Shown in pieces: positions 9,633 through 19,010 of a stretch of 64,000 bases of DNA (the stretch's first letter is position 1; every line of letters begins with the position of its first letter). The notes under the pieces were generated by a model. That model was not told the DNA's origin and made no database searches. It worked only from the letters and a program-made list of their open reading frames with translations. The position numbers were made by a program, and so were the translations under genes. This DNA comes from a candidate division WOR-3 bacterium (GTDB lineage: Bacteria > Hydrothermota > Tepidihabitantia > SM23-42 > CAYGYG01): positions 85,711 through 149,710 of the forward strand of contig CBFGIV010000002.1 of NCBI GenBank assembly GCA_965648915.1, given 5' to 3'.

Positions 9633-9962
9633 ATGACCATTGAAGGTCCCTGGCGTCGGTTGATACCCGAACAGATCAAGAATGTACCTGACTATCCTGG
9701 TGTGTATGAACTCGCCGATATACTTCAAGAGATGATTTATATCGGTAGTGCATCGAGTTTGGTTCAGGCGATCGAGCAGGTTTATGAGCGGAGGGATCCA
9801 GATTTGAAGACCGCGGCTTTTTTCCGTTTCCAGCTCACCCAGGACTATGAAAAAGAACATAAAAGATTACTTGAAGAATTCCGAGTGCAGTTTAATCGCC
9901 TGCCGGTCTGTAATGCTAAGAAAGAATTGGATAATCCTGATACTAATTCTAAATCAAGTTGA
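9633..9962 (+). CDS. Small GIY-YIG nuclease-domain protein (~110 aa)
   Basis: PGVYEL...IYIGSA gives GIY/YIG-like strands with the right spacing, and a conserved Arg and Glu follow. Confidence 0.5.
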   Translation: MTIEGPWRRLIPEQIKNVPDYPGVYELADILQEMIYIGSASSLVQAIEQVYERRDPDLKTAAFFRFQLTQDYEKEHKRLLEEFRVQFNRLPVCNAKKELDNPDTNSKSS

Positions 9963-9976
9963 TCTCTTTTCTGCAC

Positions 9977-10005
9977 TTGACTTAATATCCATTTTCGAAT
10001 ATCTT
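9977..10005 (+). promoter_or_regulatory. Sigma-70-type promoter (TTGACT-N17-TATCTT)
   Basis: TTGACT 9977-9982, TATCTT 10000-10005. Confidence 0.45.
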
Positions 10006-10055
10006 TTTTAGTGCGAAATTCAGGATCGAATGAATGGTTAAAGGCAAGACTGGAG

Positions 10056-10670
10056 ATGGTTGAGAATCAGATCATAAGGAGGGGTATAAAGGATCAGCGG
10101 GTGATAGAGGCCCTTCGGCGTGTTCCCCGACACCGGTTTGTGGCGGATGCTTTTATCGGACAGGCGTATGAAGATTACCCGTTGCCAATCGGGTCGAATC
10201 AGACGATATCGCAGCCTTATATGGTGGCAGCAATGACCGAGTATCTGGAATTAAAAGGTAAAGAGAAGGTCCTCGAGATCGGGACCGGTTCGGGGTACCA
10301 GACTGCGATCTTGGCCGAATTATCATTTAAGGTTTTTACTGTTGAGCGTGTTGCGGAGCTGGCTGATGATGCACGGAAAAGACTTGAACAATTAGGTTAT
10401 AATAATATTGTCTTCCGGGTCGGTGATGGGACAATTGGCTGGAAGGAGTTTGAGCCTTATGATCGGGTTCTTGTAACGGCGGGCGCCCCTGATATACCGC
10501 CGTCGTTGCTCGATCAACTCGATGATGAAGGAATTATGGTTATTCCCATTGGCAGTGAATATGTTCAAACCATCAACCAGATTCGTAAGCATAAAGGTCG
10601 GGTCTTGAGAAGGGAATTGTTCGAATGTGTATTTGTACCGCTGATTGGTAAAGAGGGGTGGTCGGGATAG
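10056..10670 (+). CDS. pcm: Protein-L-isoaspartate O-methyltransferase
   Basis: VPRHRFV, SQPYMVA, VLEIGTGSGYQTA SAM motif; ATG 10056 preferred because the predicted TSS falls on the alternative GTG 10011. Confidence 0.88.
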   Translation: MVENQIIRRGIKDQRVIEALRRVPRHRFVADAFIGQAYEDYPLPIGSNQTISQPYMVAAMTEYLELKGKEKVLEIGTGSGYQTAILAELSFKVFTVERVAELADDARKRLEQLGYNNIVFRVGDGTIGWKEFEPYDRVLVTAGAPDIPPSLLDQLDDEGIMVIPIGSEYVQTINQIRKHKGRVLRRELFECVFVPLIGKEGWSG

Positions 10671-10676
10671 AAATAT

Positions 10677-10748
10677 CGGGGAGTGGCGCAGTGGAAGCGC
10701 ACCTGGTTCGGGACCAGGGGGTCGCTGGTTCAAATCCAGTCTCCCCGA
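10677..10748 (+). tRNA. tRNA-Pro (anticodon CGG)
   Basis: Cloverleaf folded by hand: C1-G72 acceptor stem typical of bacterial tRNA-Pro; anticodon stem CCTGG/CCAGG; loop TTCGGGA; GTTCAAATC T-loop; no encoded CCA. Confidence 0.85.
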
Positions 10749-10766
10749 TTTAAATTATTAAAAACA

Positions 10767-11288
10767 ATGACTGCTAAGAACAAGAAGTTGCGGTTGGTAA
10801 AAAATAGGACCCGACTAAAGGTGGTTGCGGTGATCGGGGCTTCTGAGGCCGGTGAGGACATCTTGATCGAGGCTGAAGCAATTGGTGAAGGTATTGCACG
10901 GGCCGGGGCTTTTTTAATTTGTGGTGGTTTAGGCGGAGTGATGGAGGCTGCCTGTCGGGGCGCAAAGAAAGCAAATGGTTTTACAATTGGTATTCTGCCT
11001 GGAACCGATCGGAGTGATGCCAATCAGTATGTCGATTTAGCAATTGTTACCGGAATGAGTCAGGCCCGGAATATAATAATTGCAAGAAGTTGTGATGCAG
11101 CAATTGCCATTGCCGGCAGATACGGGACACTTTCTGAAATAGCCTACTGCCTCATGTTTGGTGTTCCGGTCATTGGTCTTCATACCTGGAAGATATCGTC
11201 GAGTCTGATGCCTGAACTCAAACCAATAATTTATGCCGACAGTGCCGAGGATGCCTTAGAAAAGTTGACCAGGATATTGAGGGATTAA
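10767..11288 (+). CDS. TIGR00725/LOG-like Rossmann-fold nucleotide-binding protein
   Basis: VAVIGASEAG...ICGGLGGVMEAA...PVIGL pattern of the LOG/TIGR00725 family; ORF-track start lies inside the tRNA, so trimmed to ATG 10767. Confidence 0.55.
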   Translation: MTAKNKKLRLVKNRTRLKVVAVIGASEAGEDILIEAEAIGEGIARAGAFLICGGLGGVMEAACRGAKKANGFTIGILPGTDRSDANQYVDLAIVTGMSQARNIIIARSCDAAIAIAGRYGTLSEIAYCLMFGVPVIGLHTWKISSSLMPELKPIIYADSAEDALEKLTRILRD

Positions 11289-11293
11289 AGATA

Positions 11294-14200
11294 ATGCTCG
11301 GGCTGTCTTTTTTTCTGTTTACCTTCAGTTTTCAGCCACTCCCTGATGGTCTGGAATTAGACTTCAGGATCGATGCTACACCCGAGAACGGATTTTCTTT
11401 TCCGGGTGGGATCTATTATCATCCGGTAGGTGCGCCCAACCTGCCCGGTCAGTTCTTCTATATTGGTGTTCCTCAGGAGGGTGGGGTCCGGGTTGAGATT
11501 GTTGAAGAGGAGAGCCGGACCTATCCGGGCGAGATCAAGCCTGTAGGGAAGTTCTCTTTTGAAGAGACGAGTTTTGAGAAAGACCCGGAGATCTACAGTC
11601 GGGCCGAATATTATCCTGATTTATTTTTCCTTGAAGGGCCGTTTCGCTGGCGGGATTTAAGGGTGGTTCGGCTCCAGGTCAATCCGATCCGTTATAATCC
11701 CGGGAAGCGATTAGTATCGGTGACGAGCCATTTAAGGTTGCGTCTGGTCTTTGAGGGGCGTCCCCGGGTGGTGAGGCGGTCTTCGACCTTTGACAATATC
11801 TATCCGGCGGTAATCTTAAACTATGAGCAGGCGAAGGACTGGAGAATACTGGACAATCCTTTGAAGATCCATCCGATCTTTGATATGCCCTTATGGTTCA
11901 AGATGGTAGTGGACAGTGATGGTCTCTACCAGATCGATTATGAACTCCTCAAGAGGTTTATCCCTGATCCTGGACAGATCGATCCCCGGACGATAAGAGT
12001 CTATACGGCAAAATTTGATACATTAACGGGGAATGGTTCGATCTTTAATATCGATACAACTCTCTTCAATGGACTGATTGAGATTCCCATCCTGGTCTAT
12101 GGTGAGGAGGATGGCAGGTTTGATCGGGGCGACTATATTCTCTTCTATGGTTTTGGTGCGAGCCATCTCTCAATCACTAAGCCGGAGACCCTTACCTATT
12201 TCAACAACCCTTTTGATCGGAGTAATTTTTTCTGGTTGACATTCGGGGCCAAGCCGGGCAAGCGCTTCAGTCGGATTGATGGCCGGATTCAGCCGGGTGA
12301 GGTCTGCTATTTTTTGCGCCATCCGGTCCATCTTGAAGAGGAGAAGGAAAATCCAGGCCGTTCTGGACTCAACTGGGCCTGGCAGACAATGACCATTACC
12401 GGTAGTGGCTCCTGGGCTTTTCCGATCAACCATTATGGGTCTACGGGTGAGGGCAATATAAAGGTAAAGATCATCACATTTGGACATAAGTTTGAGATAA
12501 AACTATACTACAATGATTCGCTCTTCTTTGATACCCTGTGGCTATTTGGTAATGTAAATCTAAGAAAGAAACTAAACTATATCGGAGATTCAGGAATATT
12601 AAGAATTGATCTCTTTTCATCAGGTAGCGACAGTTTCAGTGTCTTTCTGGACAACTTAGAACTGAATTACCGATCCCGGCCGATTTTACAGCGTCCCCTT
12701 TATTCTCTGGTTACCGTGCCGGGCAGTTATCAATATGCGATTGGTGGAGTCCATGCACCCCCCCTGGTCCTCGACATCACCGATCTCCGTAACCCCCGGC
12801 TCTTCTACAATCTCCAGGTTGAAGGCGAATCATTATACTTTTCGCACCGGGTGGATAGTCTTGCCCTGCTCTACATCACCGATCTCAAGAAGGTGCGCAG
12901 ACCGATCCTTACTGCCGGTCGGGTGGGTAATTTAAGAAGGGAGACCGCCGGTTGTGACTATCTGATTCTGACCGCTGATGAATTTTATGAAGAGATGAAG
13001 CCATTGCTCATGTGGCGTCAGCGGGAGTATCAAGTCCGGATGGTGCGGTTGAGCGAGGTCTATAACAATTTTGGTTTTGGCAAGGAGGAGCCGGCGGCAA
13101 TCAAATATTTTCTCTACTATGTCTATCGTAACTGGCAGCCGATGCCTAAATTCGTCCTCTTTGTCGGCGATGGCAGTTATGACTATAAGAATAATTTAAA
13201 ATTAGAAAAACCGAATCGGTTCTTTCCTCCTCTGGAACAGGGTATGAATCTACAGAGTCCGGATGGCAATTATTGTTACGACGATTGGTTTGTTATGTTT
13301 AACAGTACCAAACTACCGGAGATGATTGTCGGCCGATTGAATGTCCGGAATAAACAGATGGCAAGGATTGTGGTCAAGAAGATCCTTGACTATGAGCAGA
13401 AGGTGAACCTCGGCCCCTGGGCAAAAAATATAATATTTCTGGGTGATGATGAATGGAGTCCTTATGGTCTTGAATGGGATTCAATACGGAGTTACTGGGA
13501 GCACTCAGCCAACTGTGAATCACTCCTTTTTTACATCCCCGACTCCCTGGTTGATATCACCAAAATCTATATGAATGTCTATCCGAATGAAAGCGGTAAG
13601 AAACCAAAAGCCCGCCTCGACTTTATTGCCGCAATGAATAAGGGAGCATTCTGTGGTGCCTATTATGGCCACGGCAACAATCATCAGTTAGCCCATGAAG
13701 GTGGTTTTTACGGTGAGGATGTCAATCTGGTAAAAAATGGTCCCCGCAATTTCTTCTTCTACTACGGTACCTGCAGTCCCGGCCGTTTCGATGATACAAA
13801 ATATGAATCGATCTGTGAAGAGTTTGTCTGTCGGGCCGACGGGGCCATCGGGACATACGGTGCAACCCGGGTCACCAGTCCAGGCCAGAATGTTCCGCTC
13901 GGTAACCTCATCTTTGACAATATCTTTAACAAAAACTTTACCATGGGTGAGTGCTGTTACCATGCCAAATTGATGTCACCCGCAGATATAACCTGCTGCC
14001 TCTTTGGCGATCCTGGAGTAAGATTAAATCGGCCAATCGGTGGTGTAAGTATCTCAGTCCAGCCTGATACTTTAAGACCTTTGAGTCAAGGACGGATAAG
14101 ATGCGGTGAACCAAAATATTTTCTCCGGGCAACGATCCGGGATTCTCTAACTGGCCTGACCCATTACATCGTTCGTGATCAACAGGGGAGATTTGTCGAT

Positions 14201-15052
14201 TCCTTCAATTTCTCACTTGAGGGGCAGACCTTTTTCTCGGGTGTGAGCAGTCAGGAGAGCATTGGTTTTATTGTTCCGCAGTTTGCGACCCGGCACCAGC
14301 CGGTCCTGCGCTTCAGTATCTATAACAATTTAAGATCCGGCCGGCTCGACTCGGTGCCGCTGCGCGGTCTGGCCGTGCCCTCGGGTGACATCGAGCCTCC
14401 CCGGGTCGAATTCTATGCTCAGGGCCGGAGGCTCAAGGATGGGGACTGGGTGGAGAAGAATCTTTCTCTGACCGGGGTGATTGAGGATGCGAGCGGGATA
14501 AATCTGATCGATCCGGCGCAGAACGAGAGGCAGGGTTTTGGTCTTTATGTGAATGGTAACAAGGCCGGGGTGATTGATCTGCGTAATTATTTCAGTTATG
14601 ATTTAGACAGTTATCAGCGGGGGCGATTTACCGTCGAATTAAACCTGCCGGACCGGACCGATACGATTACGGTCTATGTGAGTGACAACAACTACAATCG
14701 GACCGAGGCGAAGCTCGGTCTCCGGGTTGCCCAGGACGAAGAACTTGTGGTTGAGGATTTTTTAGTCTATCCCAATCCGCTGGACGAGGGTGGTTATTTT
14801 ACCTTTGTCCTTTCGGTCGATGCCCGGGTGAGGCTTGAGATCTACACGGTCAGTGGACGTTTTGTGCGCCGGCTCGATCATCTCCCGATGCGGGCTGGTT
14901 TCAACAAAGTCTGGTGGGATGGTCTGGATCAACGGGGTGACCGGCCGGCCAATGGGGTATATTTAGTGAAGATCGAGGCAATCCGGGAGCGGGGCGGAAA
15001 TCGAAGATCGATCTCAAGGATCGAGAAATTTATCATCCACCACCGGCCGTAA
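11294..15052 (+). CDS. Large secreted C25 (gingipain-like) cysteine peptidase-family protein with T9SS C-terminal sorting domain
   Basis: Candidate catalytic His (AYYGHGNNH) and Cys (YYGTCSPG) blocks with C25-like spacing; signal peptide; C-terminal VYPNPLDEGGYFTFVL...GVYLVKIEA is a T9SS CTD. Confidence 0.6.
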   Translation: MLGLSFFLFTFSFQPLPDGLELDFRIDATPENGFSFPGGIYYHPVGAPNLPGQFFYIGVPQEGGVRVEIVEEESRTYPGEIKPVGKFSFEETSFEKDPEIYSRAEYYPDLFFLEGPFRWRDLRVVRLQVNPIRYNPGKRLVSVTSHLRLRLVFEGRPRVVRRSSTFDNIYPAVILNYEQAKDWRILDNPLKIHPIFDMPLWFKMVVDSDGLYQIDYELLKRFIPDPGQIDPRTIRVYTAKFDTLTGNGSIFNIDTTLFNGLIEIPILVYGEEDGRFDRGDYILFYGFGASHLSITKPETLTYFNNPFDRSNFFWLTFGAKPGKRFSRIDGRIQPGEVCYFLRHPVHLEEEKENPGRSGLNWAWQTMTITGSGSWAFPINHYGSTGEGNIKVKIITFGHKFEIKLYYNDSLFFDTLWLFGNVNLRKKLNYIGDSGILRIDLFSSGSDSFSVFLDNLELNYRSRPILQRPLYSLVTVPGSYQYAIGGVHAPPLVLDITDLRNPRLFYNLQVEGESLYFSHRVDSLALLYITDLKKVRRPILTAGRVGNLRRETAGCDYLILTADEFYEEMKPLLMWRQREYQVRMVRLSEVYNNFGFGKEEPAAIKYFLYYVYRNWQPMPKFVLFVGDGSYDYKNNLKLEKPNRFFPPLEQGMNLQSPDGNYCYDDWFVMFNSTKLPEMIVGRLNVRNKQMARIVVKKILDYEQKVNLGPWAKNIIFLGDDEWSPYGLEWDSIRSYWEHSANCESLLFYIPDSLVDITKIYMNVYPNESGKKPKARLDFIAAMNKGAFCGAYYGHGNNHQLAHEGGFYGEDVNLVKNGPRNFFFYYGTCSPGRFDDTKYESICEEFVCRADGAIGTYGATRVTSPGQNVPLGNLIFDNIFNKNFTMGECCYHAKLMSPADITCCLFGDPGVRLNRPIGGVSISVQPDTLRPLSQGRIRCGEPKYFLRATIRDSLTGLTHYIVRDQQGRFVDSFNFSLEGQTFFSGVSSQESIGFIVPQFATRHQPVLRFSIYNNLRSGRLDSVPLRGLAVPSGDIEPPRVEFYAQGRRLKDGDWVEKNLSLTGVIEDASGINLIDPAQNERQGFGLYVNGNKAGVIDLRNYFSYDLDSYQRGRFTVELNLPDRTDTITVYVSDNNYNRTEAKLGLRVAQDEELVVEDFLVYPNPLDEGGYFTFVLSVDARVRLEIYTVSGRFVRRLDHLPMRAGFNKVWWDGLDQRGDRPANGVYLVKIEAIRERGGNRRSISRIEKFIIHHRP

Positions 15053-15055
15053 AAT

Positions 15056-15090
15056 ACTTTACACTTTTGATCAGGTAAGAAATGTAAAGT
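15056..15090 (+). repeat. 35-nt conserved palindromic intergenic motif, copy 1 (ACTTTACACTTTTGATCAGGTAAGAAATGTAAAGT)
   Basis: Nearly identical to 18976-19010; arms CTTTACA/TGTAAAG; starts 3 nt after the stop codon. Confidence 0.6.
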
Positions 15091-15159
15091 GTGGCTATTC
15101 TTTGAGATACAGTGTTTTCCCTCTTGATTTCTTTTAAAAAATATATAGATTAGTTTAAA

Positions 15160-15837
15160 ATGAAACCATATGTAACCAGCAGAAATCTTGCTCTTAAAAC
15201 GAAGGAGTGGCTTAAGATAATTGCGCCTTATAACAAACACCGGATGAAACTTAACATCCAGAAAGCGGCGCTACTGGTAATCGATATGCAGAATGATTTT
15301 CTCAAACCAAATTCATTACTTTTGACCGAGGGTGGAGTTGCGATCCTGAATAACTTAAAAAAACTAATCAGTAGCTGCCGTAAACAGAAGATTCCGGTCA
15401 TATTTACCGCCCATGTCCATAAAGATCCGAAGATCGATGGCGGTATGACGGCAAAATGGTGGCCGGAGCTGATGAAAAAGCGGGCACTGGTTTATGGCAG
15501 GAAAGGTGTGGAGATTTATGAAGCACTCGCTCCCCGACCGACTGAACCGGTAATTTATAAACATCGTTATAGCGCATTTTATAACACCAATCTGGAAGTG
15601 ATTCTTCGTGGGCTGAGAGTCGAAGATGTCATTATCACAGGTGTGATGACCAATATCTGTTGTGAATCTACAGCCCGGGACGCATTCTTTCGGGATTTCA
15701 GGATTTTTTTTGTTGCCGACGCCACTGGTTCGGTAACTGAGGATCTGCATCTCGGAGCCTTGCGTAATCTTGCCTATGCCTTTGCTTATATAACGACCAC
15801 CGGTGAGGTTTTAAGAGATTTAAGGCAGCGCAGATAA
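15160..15837 (+). CDS. Isochorismatase-family cysteine hydrolase
   Basis: LLVIDMQNDF, VIITGVMTNICCESTARDA with catalytic Cys; likely true start ATG 15244. Confidence 0.75.
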   Translation: MKPYVTSRNLALKTKEWLKIIAPYNKHRMKLNIQKAALLVIDMQNDFLKPNSLLLTEGGVAILNNLKKLISSCRKQKIPVIFTAHVHKDPKIDGGMTAKWWPELMKKRALVYGRKGVEIYEALAPRPTEPVIYKHRYSAFYNTNLEVILRGLRVEDVIITGVMTNICCESTARDAFFRDFRIFFVADATGSVTEDLHLGALRNLAYAFAYITTTGEVLRDLRQRR

Positions 15838-17285
15838 TGGAGTTAAAATTTTCATCCAACCCGAGGCTGCGGGATAATTTCCGGTATGTTATTTTGATTA
15901 TATTTATCTTAAATTACTGTTTATTTGCTCAGCCTTATACTGATAGTCTCCTCTTTTTCTACTCACCTGACTGTCGCCACTGTGAGTTTTTTCTGAAGGA
16001 ATTTTTGCCCAAGATTGAGAGAGATTACCGCATCGCGGTTAAGACCTTCAACATTGAGATTGCGCGGAATATGTACCTCCTTGAAGGACTTGAAGCGAAA
16101 TTGAAGAATATAGGCGATGAATTGCCAGTTATTTTTTACCGGGACCTTGTTGTTTATGGCACCGACAGCATTTTGAAGAAGTTACCGGCAATTATCGATC
16201 ATTATCGGGCCGAGTCCCTTATTTACATCGCCTACTTCACAAAGCCTTCCTGTCGGGAGTGCAGTCGGGTTGATAGGATTATAAAAATTTTAACTCGGGA
16301 AGAGAAAAATATCGTCGTCAAAACCTATAATATTAATATCAAGGATAATAAACTTCTGGCTGAGGCAATCAGTGAGCGGATTGGTGTCCCTGAGAGATTC
16401 CGGCTTCTTGTGCCGGCAATATTTGTTGGTCGAGATTATCTAATAAAAGATAATATCCGATTGACTGAATTGAAAGATATCTTAAGAAAATACCACGCGG
16501 GCACAGAGAATTTTGAATTATTAAATCCCGCAATCAAAGCTCAGAGTGAAGAGGCGATCTGCAACCGGTTTGCCCAAATAGGTTTTTGGGGTGTAATCGG
16601 TGCAGGGTTGCTTGATGGGATAAATCCCTGTGCTTTTGCGACAATTCTCTTCTTTATAAGTTATCTGGTCCTGCTCGGTCGTAAGCAACGCGATATAATT
16701 TTGATGGGTCTTTTTTTCTCCCTTGCGGTCTTTCTGACCTATTTTCTTATCGGACTTGGTTATCTTCAATTCTTAGATTACCTGACTCGGTTTAGACCAA
16801 TCAGTAAGTTCATTTTTGCAGGCTTTGGCATCCTGACAATTATCTTGGGTCTCCTGAATATCTATGATTTCCTCCAGGCGCGCACTGGCAGATTAGACCG
16901 GATGAAATTGCAACTCCCGGATTACATAAAGATTCAAATCCATAAAAGCATTAAAGCCCAGACCAGGATTTTTGGTATTGTCCTTGGTGCATTTGGTGCA
17001 GGGCTGTTTGTTTCGATCTTAGAATTTGCCTGTACCGGTCAGGTCTATATTCCAACCATTACCTTTGTGGTTTCGAACCCTCAACTGAAAATCAGGGCGA
17101 TAACTTTTTTGACACTTTATAACATTATGTTTATCTTCCCGTTAGTAATCATCACCGGGGTTGGATCGATCGTTTCTACTGACCGGGTTGGTAAGTTTTT
17201 AAAGGCCCGGATAGGGACGATCAAGGTTATGACAGCACTCTTTTTTATCACCCTTGGAATTCTGTTGATTATTTTATCATCGTAG
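15837..17285 (+). CDS. Thiol:disulfide oxidoreductase fusion: two thioredoxin-like CxxC modules plus a CcdA/DsbD-type transmembrane domain
   Basis: CRHC and CREC motifs in the N-terminal half; C-terminal multi-TM region with GINPCAFATI and ACTGQ, like the CcdA/DsbD thiol-transfer channel. Confidence 0.6.
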   Translation: MELKFSSNPRLRDNFRYVILIIFILNYCLFAQPYTDSLLFFYSPDCRHCEFFLKEFLPKIERDYRIAVKTFNIEIARNMYLLEGLEAKLKNIGDELPVIFYRDLVVYGTDSILKKLPAIIDHYRAESLIYIAYFTKPSCRECSRVDRIIKILTREEKNIVVKTYNINIKDNKLLAEAISERIGVPERFRLLVPAIFVGRDYLIKDNIRLTELKDILRKYHAGTENFELLNPAIKAQSEEAICNRFAQIGFWGVIGAGLLDGINPCAFATILFFISYLVLLGRKQRDIILMGLFFSLAVFLTYFLIGLGYLQFLDYLTRFRPISKFIFAGFGILTIILGLLNIYDFLQARTGRLDRMKLQLPDYIKIQIHKSIKAQTRIFGIVLGAFGAGLFVSILEFACTGQVYIPTITFVVSNPQLKIRAITFLTLYNIMFIFPLVIITGVGSIVSTDRVGKFLKARIGTIKVMTALFFITLGILLIILSS

Positions 17286-17294
17286 GGGTAAAGG

Positions 17295-18974
17295 ATGAAG
17301 AGAATCTTCTTTTGGGCCTTATTAATTGTTTCAGGTATGTTTGGCGATGATTTCAATCAGCTGGGAAGTGAAATTATTGAATATCTCTGGCGTTTTCATC
17401 CTGTGGATGCAACTTATAAAGGGATACATAAATATGATACCCTTCTTACTGATTTTCGTCCTGAGGTACTACGAGCGAGGTTTAAGGATATAAAAATATT
17501 TGAGCAAAGACTCGATCGGATTGACACATTAAGTCTTTCGGTTGATGAATATATCGATTATGCTCTGCTGCGGATAATGCTCAAGAACGAGATCTTCACT
17601 GGTGAGAGTTTGATGATTTACCGGAAGAACCCTCTTATTTATGTGAATGAAGCGATATATGGTATTTATAATATACTGATCCGATCGAGCCCATCCGTTC
17701 AACTTAAAATGGAAGCGATCAGGGCACGTTTGACGAAAATCCCGGATCTATTTGATCAGGCGCGCAAGAATCTTGTTGAACCACCGCCGATATTATGTAA
17801 GATTGCGATTGAGCAACTCCGTGAGGGTGCCGTCTTTTTTAACGACCTGGCAGCACGATATACTGATTCACTCGGGCCTGAAGCGAATAAGGAATTTATC
17901 ACGGCTAAAGAGAAGGCAGTTGTCGCCATGGTGGCTTTTCGTTACTGGTTGGAAGATATCGAAAAAGGTCCAGCGACATCATATGCCCTGGGTCATTCCA
18001 AATATGCTTATAAATTGAGGGAGATCCACCTGCTCGATATGTCGATTGATAGTATCCTGAGTCTGGGACAGAATATGCTGAATTTAACAAGCAGGGTGAT
18101 TGACAGTTTGAAGAAGGCTTATCAATCAAAAGAGACACCCCTTCTAAAACCACCCGCAGATTTCAAACCCGATGATGTGAAAAGGTATCGCCAGTGGGAA
18201 ATCGAAGAGATGAGAAGATTTGTTGGTTCTCAGGGGGTCGATTATGTTACCGTGCCCGATTATGTGGGTGCGATGTTTGTTGTGGAAACCCCTAAATTCT
18301 TAAGAGGACTGATCCCGGGGATCGCAATGGAACCGCCGGGGCCATTTGACAAGTCAACAACAAGTTATTTTTATGTTAGACCATTACCGGAGAGATTTGA
18401 TTCGTCCGAGGCAGTAAGATATTATAATTATATCAGACAACGGGGATTTAAAGGATCAGTTGTCCACGAAGGTTTTCCCGGCCATCATCTTCAGTTATCA
18501 ATTGCCAATCAACACCCTTCTCCGATTAGGAGGTCTATATCCGATAACTTCTTGATTGAGGGCTGGGCACTTTACTGTGAAGAATTGATGGCGCGCAGCG
18601 GTCTCTATGAGGATACCATAGGTGCCATTATTGGATATCTGGGTGGTGTTCGATTCCGTTCGGCCAGAGTTATCGTTGATGTGATGCTCCAGACCGGTCA
18701 GTATGACTATGAACAGGCAGTAAATTTTATGTGTCAGACCTTTGGCGGTGGTCAGGCCGATTCTGTATTTTTTGCCCGGGAAGTAGCAAGGTATATAACC
18801 GACCCAGGGCAAGCAGCGAGTTATCTAGTTGGGAAGATGCAAATCTTGAGACTTCTTGAAGATTATAAAAAGGTGGCAGGTAGACACTTCCGGCTGAAAG
18901 ATTTTCACGATAAACTGTTGAATGAGGGTTCGATCCCGATAAGTCTTATCCGGAGAAAGATTCTTACCCCTTGA
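17295..18974 (+). CDS. DUF885-family protein (putative secreted metallohydrolase-like)
   Basis: HEGFPGHHLQ motif and overall length typical of DUF885; signal peptide. Confidence 0.65.
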   Translation: MKRIFFWALLIVSGMFGDDFNQLGSEIIEYLWRFHPVDATYKGIHKYDTLLTDFRPEVLRARFKDIKIFEQRLDRIDTLSLSVDEYIDYALLRIMLKNEIFTGESLMIYRKNPLIYVNEAIYGIYNILIRSSPSVQLKMEAIRARLTKIPDLFDQARKNLVEPPPILCKIAIEQLREGAVFFNDLAARYTDSLGPEANKEFITAKEKAVVAMVAFRYWLEDIEKGPATSYALGHSKYAYKLREIHLLDMSIDSILSLGQNMLNLTSRVIDSLKKAYQSKETPLLKPPADFKPDDVKRYRQWEIEEMRRFVGSQGVDYVTVPDYVGAMFVVETPKFLRGLIPGIAMEPPGPFDKSTTSYFYVRPLPERFDSSEAVRYYNYIRQRGFKGSVVHEGFPGHHLQLSIANQHPSPIRRSISDNFLIEGWALYCEELMARSGLYEDTIGAIIGYLGGVRFRSARVIVDVMLQTGQYDYEQAVNFMCQTFGGGQADSVFFAREVARYITDPGQAASYLVGKMQILRLLEDYKKVAGRHFRLKDFHDKLLNEGSIPISLIRRKILTP

Positions 18975-18975
18975 A

Positions 18976-19010
18976 ACTTTACACTCTTGACACGGTAAGA
19001 AATGTAAAGC
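18976..19010 (+). repeat. 35-nt conserved palindromic intergenic motif, copy 2 (ACTTTACACTCTTGACACGGTAAGAAATGTAAAGC)
   Basis: 31 of 35 positions identical to copy 1; begins 1 nt after the DUF885 stop and ends 4 nt before ATG 19015. Confidence 0.6.

Noticed and set aside
10683-10766. ORF-track start of the 201-aa ORF lies inside tRNA-Pro
   Set aside because: Translation would start within the tRNA gene. The conserved LOG/TIGR00725-like part begins at ATG 10767, which was used instead.
15056-15090. Palindromic motif as a rho-independent terminator
   Set aside because: Stem is only 7-8 AU-rich bp with a 19-nt loop and no following T-tract. It is more likely a protein-binding or RNA element.
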